A stretch of 61,796 nucleotides of DNA, filler included, from Myxococcota bacterium (GTDB lineage: Bacteria > Myxococcota_C > UBA6777): NCBI GenBank assembly GCA_023150835.1. It is 3 parts of 3 records of this genome, joined end to end, with 100 filler letters (N's around TTAATTAATTAA, not from the genome) between each part and the next. Parts side by side here need not be neighbours in the genome. Positions count along the whole stretch, not along the records: positions 27,134 to 42,201 come from JAKLKB010000155.1; 2 more parts are not named here. One strand, written 5' to 3'. Below the pieces are notes generated by a model that did no database searches, was not told the DNA's origin, and saw only the letters and a program-made list of their open reading frames with translations. A program made the position numbers and the translations under genes. Positions 28,425 through 37,285 of this stretch are shown piece after piece. The number at the start of each line of letters is the position of its first letter. Position 1 is the stretch's first letter.

Positions 28425-29783
28425 GGCTGCGGGCTTGTGTTGTGGGGCTTGTGCGCTGGCGCGGTATCCGGGGTTGAGTTGTTCTTGTAGGTTGTAGCGT
28501 TCGAGTTCTTTTTGGGACATACCCGTGAGTGTTTTGTAGAATTGGCCGGCAAAGCCATCTTTTGCGATGGAATTTTTGAAACCGTTTTTGTCGAAGGCGT
28601 CGAGGAAAGCAAAGAGTTTTGTGGCGTCGACTTTGCCGTTGCTGTCAAGGAGCTTGGGGACGATAGCTTGGAGGTCTTGAGCGGTAAGGGGGGTCTTGTT
28701 GGCAAGGGTTTCGAGACCGTTTTCCTTGCAAAAGGCGCGCAGTTGGGCTTGGACTTTGGTGTCGTTGAGCATCACGGGATTTTTAGCGAGAGTTTCGATG
28801 ATGGCTCCTTTGACCGCCCCAACGGAAAGGTTGGCAGGAAGACTTTGTTTGAACTGGTTGCGGGTGATCGTCGTGCTGTTTGGCGGGGGGGTCGGTTTAT
28901 TTTGTTGGTTTGTGCGGTGTTCGGGTGCTTTTCGGGGGGTATCGGTGAGTGCTTTGTGGAGTTGGCTGGCAAAGCCATCTTTTGCGATGGAATTTTTGAA
29001 GCCGTTTTTGTCGAAAGCGTCGAGGAAAGCAAAGAGTTTTGTGGCGTCGACTTTGCCGTTGCTATCGAGGAGTTTGGGGACGATAGCTTGGAGGTCTTGA
29101 GCGGTAAGGGGGTTCTTGTTGGCGAGGGTTTCGAGGCCATTTTCCTTGCAAAAAGCGCGTAGTTGGGCTTGGACTTTGGCGTCGTTGAGTATCGCGGGAT
29201 TTTGAGCGAGAGTTCTGGTGAGGGCCGCTTTGACGGTCTCTGCGGAAAGGTTGGTGGGGAGGCTTTGTGTGAACTGGCTGCGGGAGATGGAGGCGCTGGT
29301 GGTCGGTGTCGTGGTCGCTTTGTTTGTGGTGGTGGCGGGGGTTTTGGTTTGTGTGGCAGCTTTGTTTTGCCGATAGGCGCTTGCGCGGTGTTCGAGTTCT
29401 TTTCGGGGGATGCTGACGAGGGTTTTGTGGAATTGGCTGGCGAAGCCATCTTTTGCGATGGAGTCTTTGAAGCCGTCTTTGTCGAAGGAATCGAGGAAAG
29501 CAAAGAGTTTTGTGGCGTCGACTTTGCCGTTTTTGTCGAGGAGCTTGGGGACGATGGATTGGAGGTCTTCGGCGGTGAGGGGGTTCTTGTTGGCAAGGGT
29601 TTCGAGACCGTTGCTTTTGCAAAAAGCGCGTAGTTGGGCTTGGACTTTGGTGTCGTTGAGCATCGCGGGGTTTTTGGCGAGGGTTTCGATGATCGTGCCT
29701 TTGACGGCGTCTGCGGAAAGGTCGTTGGGAAGGCTTTGTTTGAATTGGTGGCGGGTGGTGGTGTTTTCGGCGATCCGTGTCAT
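28401..29783 (-). CDS. Hypothetical protein with three copies of a ~120-aa repeat domain (460 aa)
   Basis: QF.QSLP..LS...VK...NP..LND.KVQAQLRAFCK.NGLETLANK.PLTA.DLQ.IVPKLLD.NGKVDATKLFAFLD x3; CAGGAG RBS. Confidence 0.8.
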   Translation of the reverse strand: MTRIAENTTTRHQFKQSLPNDLSADAVKGTIIETLAKNPAMLNDTKVQAQLRAFCKSNGLETLANKNPLTAEDLQSIVPKLLDKNGKVDATKLFAFLDSFDKDGFKDSIAKDGFASQFHKTLVSIPRKELEHRASAYRQNKAATQTKTPATTTNKATTTPTTSASISRSQFTQSLPTNLSAETVKAALTRTLAQNPAILNDAKVQAQLRAFCKENGLETLANKNPLTAQDLQAIVPKLLDSNGKVDATKLFAFLDAFDKNGFKNSIAKDGFASQLHKALTDTPRKAPEHRTNQQNKPTPPPNSTTITRNQFKQSLPANLSVGAVKGAIIETLAKNPVMLNDTKVQAQLRAFCKENGLETLANKTPLTAQDLQAIVPKLLDSNGKVDATKLFAFLDAFDKNGFKNSIAKDGFAGQFYKTLTGMSQKELERYNLQEQLNPGYRASAQAPQHKPAASQSKPTP

Positions 29784-30140
29784 GGCTTGCTCCTGATTTG
29801 GCCTTGGTTGGTTGATTTGGCCTTGTTTGGGTGGTTTGGCCTTGTTTGGCCTTGGTTGAGCCGCTGCTTGGTGTGGCAGCGATCGGGTTTCGTGGAGCGG
29901 CTAGGAGCATCGCTTGTGCCGTCGATGTGATCCACCGAAAATCCCTGCCTTTCCAGACGCTTGCTTGTTTTTGTAGAGAGCCGAAACAGCGGGAGTGTTT
30001 GGTTTGTGTGCGCGGCGTGTTTGGATCTTGGACGGCGTGTTGTGGACGCTTGTGGGAGAGCGAAGATCGATGTTGTACCCGTCGATGGATGATAGGAGTG
30101 GCGCAACGGGCAAAAACCCCGTGCTTCTCTGCGCAGAGTG

Positions 30141-30312
30141 ATACGAAATCCGCCCGTAGTATGATCGTAAAGATGTAGGGGCAGCCCCCCGTGGCTGCCC
30201 AAGAATAGGGCGTATACGTACTCTCGTTTGCTGTGTACATCACTCGGCAGCTGCCCAAGAATAGGGCGTATACGTACTCTCGTTTGCTGTGTACATCACT
30301 CGGATATCGTAT
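30141..30312 (+). mobile_element. Family B element with internal duplication
   Basis: ATACGAAATCCG...CGGATATCGTAT; the GCTGCCCAAGAATAGGG..CATCACTCGG segment is duplicated. Confidence 0.75.
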
Positions 30313-30323
30313 AAGGGGCTGGT

Positions 30324-32045
30324 TTAGAGAGAGAGCAACAAGGGGCCGGGGACGTAAGGGGCGTTCGCCCAAGCTTGGTGGAGAGAGAGGTAGGTTTGTA
30401 AGAGTTCTTGCCAAGAGGTTTGGGGATCGGCGGAGAGTTTGATGCCACAGCGCTTTCCGCATTGTTTTCGCCAAGCGCCAACGCGATTGAAGGCTTGCGA
30501 AGCAGAGAGCGGGGTTTGGCCTTCGAGGAGGCTTGTGGGGGAGCGATGCAAGTGTAGCCAAGAACCACCTTTCCAAGAAGGGATCTCTTGTTTTGCGGGC
30601 CACGCGAAGAGGGCGAAGGCATGGGCGGATGGTCTTCCAAAGAGCCACCACGGAAAGCGGGCAGCGTTGGCGTCTTTTGTTGGGGAGATCCCTGCGATCG
30701 AGAACGCGCATTGGCTTTTTTGCGTGTGTTTTGTGAGGCGAGGGAGGACGGTTGCCCAAGATAGGCGACGGTCCAACGCCAACCGCGCTTGTTGTTTGGG
30801 CTTTGTGCAACAAGATCCGTTGTAGCGGATAGACGGGTTAAATCGCTGCATACGCCAGAGGCGCTCGCGGGAGGACCACAACTCACAAGGCAACATCAGG
30901 GCCGATGTTTCGGGTGTATGTGGCGATGGGGCAGGTTTGGGGGCAGGTTGTGGGGGGGCCACATAGCGGGCGAATCGGTTCGCAATAGGCGTCTCGACGA
31001 TGGGGGTGGGAGGGGGTGGAGGTTTGAGGCTGTGTGTTTTCTCTGTGGCATCGAGGATCTCCCAATCGGTTTCGCGGGTGGGCAGAGGCTCCGCATTCCA
31101 GAGCTTTGAACGGGCGTAGAAGGGCGCGGGGCTACCCTTTGGCTCGCCTTGAGATGGGGCAGGATCGAGGCTGATCGTGGGGAGTTGGAGCGTGGGGAGA
31201 TGTCTGAGGGAAGCACCGTCTGCGTTGGTGGTCTGCCAGATATCGAGCCACCGTTGTTTTTGGAACCATGAAGCCATGAAGAGTACCGCGATGAAAAGCA
31301 AGCCCCCATAAGCCGCTCGGCGTTTCGTTGTGTTCGAAAGCGAGAGCGCGAAGCCAAGAACAGCCAACGCTCCACCGAGCCACATCGCTTGCGAGCCGAT
31401 GTGGTACGCACTGAGACCGCTTTTTAGCATGGCACGAAGAAGAGAGACTTGATCGGGCATCGCCTTGGACAACGCCGTATAACATTGCTGTTGACCGATC
31501 GCTACAAACCACCCTCCCACCGCAAGCATCACCATCCCTCCTATCCCCAGATCGAGGCTCCACGCCCAACCAGACGAGGTCTGCTCTTGGGGGCTTTTGA
31601 GCGGCTCAAGTGTGCCTTCTTGCGGTGCTGTCTGTCGCCCCAACAAAAGCACAGCCACAGCAAGCCCAAACAAGCCAAACAGCACCGCAAAACACAGCGA
31701 TTGGTGCATCGCTACGTCCAGACGGGCCAGCCGCAAGGCCCGTGTGATCTGGTCGTCTGCAAGCCCATAAAGGGTTTTCTTCCAGTCGGAAAGGGCGAAC
31801 CATCCAAAACCAAAGAATGTGAGGAGAAAAAGCAGCGCAGGCAGGAAAGATAACGGCTGCTTGGGAGATCTTCGCAGAATATGCAGGCCCCACCCAAAGC
31901 TCCAAAGGTACACGACACCAGCCAGCCCCCAAAGCAGCCAAGGCTTTTCGCTGTTATCGTAGGGCAGTTTTGCCGCAAAGCCAGACAAACCGCCTAAAAA
32001 AAGGCCGATCATCAGATAGAGTAGAATGACAGGTTTCTTTTGCAT
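30324..32045 (-). CDS. Multi-pass membrane protein with soluble C-terminal region (573 aa)
   Basis: About 7 hydrophobic segments; C-terminal LALDRRLSW and LSADPQTSW resemble ExbD-type periplasmic motifs; AGGAG RBS. Confidence 0.65.
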   Translation of the reverse strand: MQKKPVILLYLMIGLFLGGLSGFAAKLPYDNSEKPWLLWGLAGVVYLWSFGWGLHILRRSPKQPLSFLPALLFLLTFFGFGWFALSDWKKTLYGLADDQITRALRLARLDVAMHQSLCFAVLFGLFGLAVAVLLLGRQTAPQEGTLEPLKSPQEQTSSGWAWSLDLGIGGMVMLAVGGWFVAIGQQQCYTALSKAMPDQVSLLRAMLKSGLSAYHIGSQAMWLGGALAVLGFALSLSNTTKRRAAYGGLLFIAVLFMASWFQKQRWLDIWQTTNADGASLRHLPTLQLPTISLDPAPSQGEPKGSPAPFYARSKLWNAEPLPTRETDWEILDATEKTHSLKPPPPPTPIVETPIANRFARYVAPPQPAPKPAPSPHTPETSALMLPCELWSSRERLWRMQRFNPSIRYNGSCCTKPKQQARLALDRRLSWATVLPRLTKHTQKSQCAFSIAGISPTKDANAARFPWWLFGRPSAHAFALFAWPAKQEIPSWKGGSWLHLHRSPTSLLEGQTPLSASQAFNRVGAWRKQCGKRCGIKLSADPQTSWQELLQTYLSLHQAWANAPYVPGPLLLSL

Positions 32046-32271
32046 CGTCGCTTGGCTCCTGTTTGACGGATATTGTAGGAATGATGATCGCAAACGAATG
32101 GCATGAGTTGGATCAAGTGTTCGCGAACCGCCCGATTCTTGGGCAGCCACAGGGGGCTGCCCCTACATTTTTACGATCATACTACAGGCGGATTTCGTAT
32201 GATTTGTTTTTTTAGAGAGGGTGGCTGTGTGAAGTGATGCTGTTGGGTGCGTTTTGTGGGGCTTTGCCCCA

Positions 32272-32506
32272 TACGCGCCTTGTTCAGGTGGAAACCTCGT
32301 AGAGTCGGTCTTGATCGCCTTTTTTTTTCTCCCCCCCTCAATCCCCCCGTGAACGGGGGGAAGTTGGAACGGGCAGCGTCTGCATTTGGTGCAAACAGCG
32401 TGCGTCATGAAAAAACAAGATCCCCGATGCTTCCGACTTTCGCTCCCTCCCCTGTTCACGGGGGAGGGCGGGGTGGGGGGCTTTCCTCCGCTTCACCTAA
32501 CGCCTA
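32272..32506 (-). mobile_element. Complete 235-bp family C element
   Basis: Reverse complement of 56716-56950; flanked on both sides by TGGGGCTTTGCCCCA. Confidence 0.8.
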
Positions 32507-32626
32507 TGGGGCTTTGCCCCACGCCCCACAAGGGAACTGTGTCCCCTTGACCCCGTGTTGGCGAAGTGGCTCTATGTTTTTCAATCCAACGGATCTGTCG
32601 TTTGAACTATCCCGATCACGGGGATT
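32507..32626 (+). repeat. Family A copy
   Basis: TGGGGCTTTGCCCCACGCCCCACAAGGGAAC..GTCCCCTTGACCCCGTGTTGGCGAAG. Confidence 0.8.
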
Positions 32627-32717
32627 TGTCAACTGCGGCATCTCGATCTCAATCAAACAGCATCGCTGTTTTCACGGATCGCGGCGCTCGTTCTCTTTTG
32701 GGCTGACGAGAGAGAGG

Positions 32718-34010
32718 TTATTGTGCGCGGGTGAAGACTTTTTGGTAGAGGCTCCAAAGGACGTCGGCGAGCTTGTGTTGGGGAAGAGAAGGGTTGGGGC
32801 TTTCCAAGTCTTTTTTGTAGAATTGAGCGGCTTGCTGAGAGGTTTGGTAGGCTTTGAAAAGCTGATCGCCGAGCTTGTTGCCGATCTCGATGCCAAGATC
32901 GAAGCCACCCTCGCGGATCTTTTGTTCGAGCTTGAACATTTCTTGATCGAAGACTTCTTTGCTGCCTGCTTTGAAGGCTTTTCCGATGGCTTGCCCAATC
33001 TTGACCACGCTTTCAACGCCGATTTTTCCGAGCTTGATCGGGTCGCACATACGGATGAATTGGAAGGCGGGTTCCAAGAACTTGCCGATCTTTGAATCGG
33101 GGGGGAAAGCGTGCTTGACGAGGCTTTGCACGGCATCGATGCTGTTGGCCCATGCGATGGATGCGCCTTTTCCTCCAGAAAGGGACATCACCGTCCCATA
33201 AACCGCACCTGCGAGCGCGCCGTAATCGCCTTTTTTGGCGTGGATGGCGATCTCGATCACGCCACTTACGATGCTTGCGACTTGTCCCGCAATCCCGGCC
33301 CCTTTGCTCTTGCTCTTGAGGCTTTCTTTCAGAGATTCGAGTGCTTTGGGGTCAAGCGAAGCCAGTTTCTTTTGCCAATTGTTGCCGAGTGCTTCGGTGA
33401 GTAGCGATGTTGCTGCGGAAAGGATGTCGCGCACTTTGTCGATCTTATCGAGGGTTTGATGGTTTGAGGCTTGGGCGGCAGCTTTGTTCTCGGTGGTAGC
33501 AGCTTTGTTTTCGGTGGTGGCGGGGGCTTTGGTTTGCGTCGTTTGGGCGGCTGCCTTGTTTTGTCGATAGACGCTGGCGCGGTAGCCGGGATTGAGTCCT
33601 TCTTGAGTGCTGTAGAGTTCGAGTTCTTTTCGGGGGGTGCCGACGAGGGTTTTGTGAAATTGACTGGCAAAGCCGTCTTTTGCGATGGAGTCTTTGTAGG
33701 TGTCGTTGTCGAAGGAATCGAGGAAAGCGAAAAGTTTTGTGGCGTCGACTTTGCCGTTGCTGTCGAGCAGTTTAGGGACGATGGCTTGGAGGTCTTGAGC
33801 GGTGAGGGGTGTTTTGTTGGCGAGGGTTTCGAGGCCGTTGCTTTTGCAAAAGGCGCGCAGTTGGGTTTGGACTTTGGCATCGTTGAGCATCGCGGGGTTT
33901 TTGGCGAGGGTTTCGATGATCGTGCCTTTGACGGCGTCTGCGGAAAGGTCGTTGGGAAGGCTTTGTTTGAATTGGTTGCGGGTGGTGGTGTTTTCGGCGA
34001 TCCGTGTCAT
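32718..34010 (-). CDS. Paralog of 28401-29783: one repeat domain plus a helical, Gly/Ala-rich hydrophobic C-terminal domain (430 aa)
   Basis: Near-identical N-terminus MTRIAENTTTR.QFKQSLPNDLSADAVKG; unique C-terminus including GAGIAGQVASIVSGVIEIA..GALAGAVYGTVMSLSGG. Confidence 0.8.
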   Translation of the reverse strand: MTRIAENTTTRNQFKQSLPNDLSADAVKGTIIETLAKNPAMLNDAKVQTQLRAFCKSNGLETLANKTPLTAQDLQAIVPKLLDSNGKVDATKLFAFLDSFDNDTYKDSIAKDGFASQFHKTLVGTPRKELELYSTQEGLNPGYRASVYRQNKAAAQTTQTKAPATTENKAATTENKAAAQASNHQTLDKIDKVRDILSAATSLLTEALGNNWQKKLASLDPKALESLKESLKSKSKGAGIAGQVASIVSGVIEIAIHAKKGDYGALAGAVYGTVMSLSGGKGASIAWANSIDAVQSLVKHAFPPDSKIGKFLEPAFQFIRMCDPIKLGKIGVESVVKIGQAIGKAFKAGSKEVFDQEMFKLEQKIREGGFDLGIEIGNKLGDQLFKAYQTSQQAAQFYKKDLESPNPSLPQHKLADVLWSLYQKVFTRAQ

Positions 34011-34682
34011 GGCTTGCTCCTGATTTGGCCTTGGTTGGTTGATTTGGCCTTGTTTGGGTGGTTTGGCCTTGTTTGGCCTTGGTTGAGCCGCTCCTTGGTG
34101 TGGGAGCGATTGGGTTTCGTGGAGCGGCTTGGAGCATCGCTTGTGCCGTCGAGGTGATCTACCGAAAAATCCTGTCTTTCCAGACGCTTGCTTGTTTTTG
34201 CCGAGAGCCGAAACAGCCCGAGCGTTTGGGTTGTGTGCGCGGTGTGTTTGGATCTTGGACGGCGTGTTGTGGACGCTTGTGTGGGAGAGTTCGGGGATTG
34301 AACGATGTGGTTTGGACGCTTGCATCAACGAAAGGGGTCAGAATCGTCCGAATCTCTGGAGATGGGATGGGAGAGAGCCAAAGAAACGTTTCTTTGGAGG
34401 CGAGATGTGTTTCGATGGTCTGTTGAAACGTCTCGACGGCATGGGGAGCAGGTCGTTTGAAAAAAACAGCCGAGCCAAGAGCAAGGCAACAGGTCGCGCA
34501 GAAAAAACGCTGCCGCTTTTTGTCCGAGAGGTGGTTTTCTTGGCGAAAGAAACGTTTGTTTTTGTGGGCGGCGGGGTTTTTTGGCGAAAGAAACGTTTGT
34601 TTTCGTGTGGGATGGGATCTTTTTGGTTTTTCTTTGATTAGGGGGGGGCGTCGTAGAAAAAACTTGCGTTTGCGAGAAAAGA

Positions 34683-35630
34683 TCAGGTGGGGGTGTCGTT
34701 GTTGATGGGGGTGTCGTTGTTTGTGTGGGTGTCGTTGTTTGTGGGGGTGTCGTTGTTTGTGGGGGTGTCGTTGTTTGTGGGGGTGTCGTTGTCTTGAGGA
34801 TCAGCGGCGGAGGGTCTTCGTCCGGCGGGGCGGATGCGGTTGGCGATCTCGGTTTGTTTGTTGAGGCGGGCGATGGTTTCCATGAAGCTGTTGAGGGCGA
34901 CAAGGATGCGTTGTGTTTCTTCCATGCGTTCGTTGCGGTGGATGCGAGCTTGTTGTGTTTCTTTGTTTTCGCGCACAAGGGTTTCGGCGTGGCCTTGGAG
35001 GGTCGAGGTGACGCGATCAAGCTGGGTTTGGAAGATACCTTGGGTCCACGCGGGAACGTCTGGATCGAGGGGGGCGGGCCAAGCGAAGCCTTTGCTTTGG
35101 AGGCGGGCTTTGAGGCGTTCGGTGTATTGAAGGATCTCGATGGTGTCTTCGGGGAGGGTTCCTTCGAGTCCGAGCGTTTGGGTCCACGGGCTGCCGTAGC
35201 TTGCGGTGAGTCCTTGGCGGAGGCGCGAAAGAGCCTCGCGTGCGCTTTGTGTGGCTTTTTCGCGGACTTCGGAAGCGGCTTGATCTTCTTTGATCTCGCG
35301 AAATAGGTCTTGATCGGCTTGTTGCAGTCTGGCTACACAAGCGACCAGTTCACGGGCCAAAGCGCGCAAGACATCGTGAAATTGTTGGGCGGTGAGCGGA
35401 TGCTTGAGGGTGAGGCTGTGGGTGAGTTGTTCGGGTTGGAGGTGCGATGCGGTGGTCTCGTTTGGAAGGTTGGCTTGGTTGAGGAAAGTGGTATCGAGCT
35501 TTGCGGGGGTTTGTTCGAGTCGCTCAGCGAGGGTCTCAGAAAGAGTGGCCGCGTAGGTATAAAAGGCTTGTAGGGCATGGTTGGCGCGAGCGAATAAGTC
35601 GTGAACTTGTTTGGAGAGCTTGGTCGTCAT
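34683..35630 (-). CDS. Hypothetical helical/coiled-coil protein with a (TNNDTP)n tail
   Basis: AAGGAG RBS, 315-aa ORF, 18-bp repeats at the 3' end. Confidence 0.7.
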   Translation of the reverse strand: MTTKLSKQVHDLFARANHALQAFYTYAATLSETLAERLEQTPAKLDTTFLNQANLPNETTASHLQPEQLTHSLTLKHPLTAQQFHDVLRALARELVACVARLQQADQDLFREIKEDQAASEVREKATQSAREALSRLRQGLTASYGSPWTQTLGLEGTLPEDTIEILQYTERLKARLQSKGFAWPAPLDPDVPAWTQGIFQTQLDRVTSTLQGHAETLVRENKETQQARIHRNERMEETQRILVALNSFMETIARLNKQTEIANRIRPAGRRPSAADPQDNDTPTNNDTPTNNDTPTNNDTHTNNDTPINNDTPT

Positions 35631-35722
35631 GCAACGCTCCTTCGGGTAGAGTGGGTCGAAGAGGTTTGTTTATACACCGCCCCCAAGATGTATGCAAGTA
35701 TCGCAGGCGTCACGTGGTCGCC

Positions 35723-35845
35723 AAAAAAAGCCGTGTTCGTGCTACTTCAAGCGACAGAGTCGTCTGTGTGAAAAACAGCGACCTGTTCGCCCCTCACGGG
35801 GTCAAGGGGGCAGAGACCCCTTGCGGGGTTTGGGGCAGCGCCCCA
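35723..35845 (-). repeat. Family A copy
   Basis: Reverse-strand TGGGGCGCTGCCCCA..AAGGGGTCTCTGCCCCCTTGACCCCGTG..CGAACACGGCTTTT. Confidence 0.8.
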
Positions 35846-35927
35846 TAAAGCAGAGCAAAGCAGTCCCCCCAAAGAGCAACGAAGAGCAGGCCCCACAAAG
35901 CAGAGCAGCCAGATCAATCCTATACCA

Positions 35928-37253
35928 TCAAGAGGGGGACGAGTTGTGGAGTGTGGGGAGGGAGCCGAGGACGGTGGCTTCGTTTTTGTTGACTTTGAGG
36001 CGTCGGATCAAGAAGTCGTCGGTGTAGGGGGAGAGCATGGTGTAAAAGTCGTTGAGGATGGGGTCGTCTTCGCGGCCACGAAGCTTGAGGGTGACGCAAA
36101 AGTGTTGGCACCAGCGATGTTCAAGCCATGTGCGAAGCAGTTCGAGCAGGCGTGGAGGGAAGGCGATCAGATCGGAGAGCAGCCAGTCGACGGGACGTGC
36201 GGGGACAAATGCGAAGGCATCGCCTTGGATGAAGGTCAGTTTGGGGTGTTGCATCAGGTCGGGGCGAAGGGGGCTGCGGTCGATGGCGATCACCGAAGCG
36301 CTTTGTTGGAGGGCGACCCACGCCCATCCGCCCGGGCTGCTGCCCAAGTCGACGCAGGTCTGACCTTGTTGGATGGGGCGGTCAAAGCGCAAGGCGACTT
36401 CGTAAAGTTTTTGACAGGCGCGGGAAGGGGCTTCGCGGTCGGGCGGGACAAAGACGTCACCGCTTGCCCAGCCTGAGATCGTGGGTTCCCATCGCTGCCT
36501 TTGTTCGGGGGTGAGGATGGAGAGAAAGCCTTGGGCGTTGGAGGGGAGGGCGAGTTGGACAAAGGCTTCGTCGGGCTGCCAGAGGGCTTCAGAGCGGGTG
36601 TGGGCGCGCTTGGCAAGGCGTCGGTAGCGAGGTTGGAGCTGATCGAGGACGGCTTGAGAGAGTAGTTCACAGCGTTTTGTGCTGGTGGGGTCGGCTTGGG
36701 TGTGGGCGTGTGGTTCGGCCTCTTCGGTGGAGTGGGCTTTGTGGTGAGGGGAGGGGCCTGCTGGAGGTTCGGAGAGGCGTGTTTTGTTGTGGGAGTGTTG
36801 TGTTGTGGCAGCTTCGGGATAACGGGCTTTGTTTTGAGGGTGTTGTTTGGTGATCGTTGCGGTGGGGCGGGCTTTGTTGTGTGCGCGGTCGCGGTTGGAG
36901 GTTTTGATCTCGGGTTGTGTCCAGCGGTTGTGAAAGACGTGCCAACGCCACGGACCTTGGTGGGTGTCGAGTTGCGAGGCGATCTGCTCAGCGACAGCAG
37001 CAGCCATCGTGGAGATCGAAGGATGCACAAGAGACAGAGGCTCAGGCAAGACTTGGCGCGAAAAAGCCAGTCGATAGGGAGATTCAAGAGCAGGCGGGAG
37101 GTGTGTATGCAGCCAACCCGCCCCGAGGATGCGTGTATCGTAAGCCCCAAGGGTTCGTGTCATCTCGTGTTGGAGAGCTTCTTCCCACTGCGGCTCGCAG
37201 GTGACGAGTAAAGAGCGGGGAGAGAGCGGGGGCCTTGTGTCGGGTGAGGACAT
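35928..37253 (-). CDS. RlmM-like (FtsJ-domain) 23S rRNA 2'-O-methyltransferase
   Basis: APSRACQKLYE, CVDLGSSPGGW, AIDR, QGDAF, VDWLLSDL, TLKL, NKNEATV. An alternative TTG start at 37289 overlaps the upstream stop. Confidence 0.82.
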   Translation of the reverse strand: MSSPDTRPPLSPRSLLVTCEPQWEEALQHEMTRTLGAYDTRILGAGWLHTHLPPALESPYRLAFSRQVLPEPLSLVHPSISTMAAAVAEQIASQLDTHQGPWRWHVFHNRWTQPEIKTSNRDRAHNKARPTATITKQHPQNKARYPEAATTQHSHNKTRLSEPPAGPSPHHKAHSTEEAEPHAHTQADPTSTKRCELLSQAVLDQLQPRYRRLAKRAHTRSEALWQPDEAFVQLALPSNAQGFLSILTPEQRQRWEPTISGWASGDVFVPPDREAPSRACQKLYEVALRFDRPIQQGQTCVDLGSSPGGWAWVALQQSASVIAIDRSPLRPDLMQHPKLTFIQGDAFAFVPARPVDWLLSDLIAFPPRLLELLRTWLEHRWCQHFCVTLKLRGREDDPILNDFYTMLSPYTDDFLIRRLKVNKNEATVLGSLPTLHNSSPS

Positions 37254-37285
37254 CGCGTGTTTCTGTCTCCTGTGAGCATCGCTTT

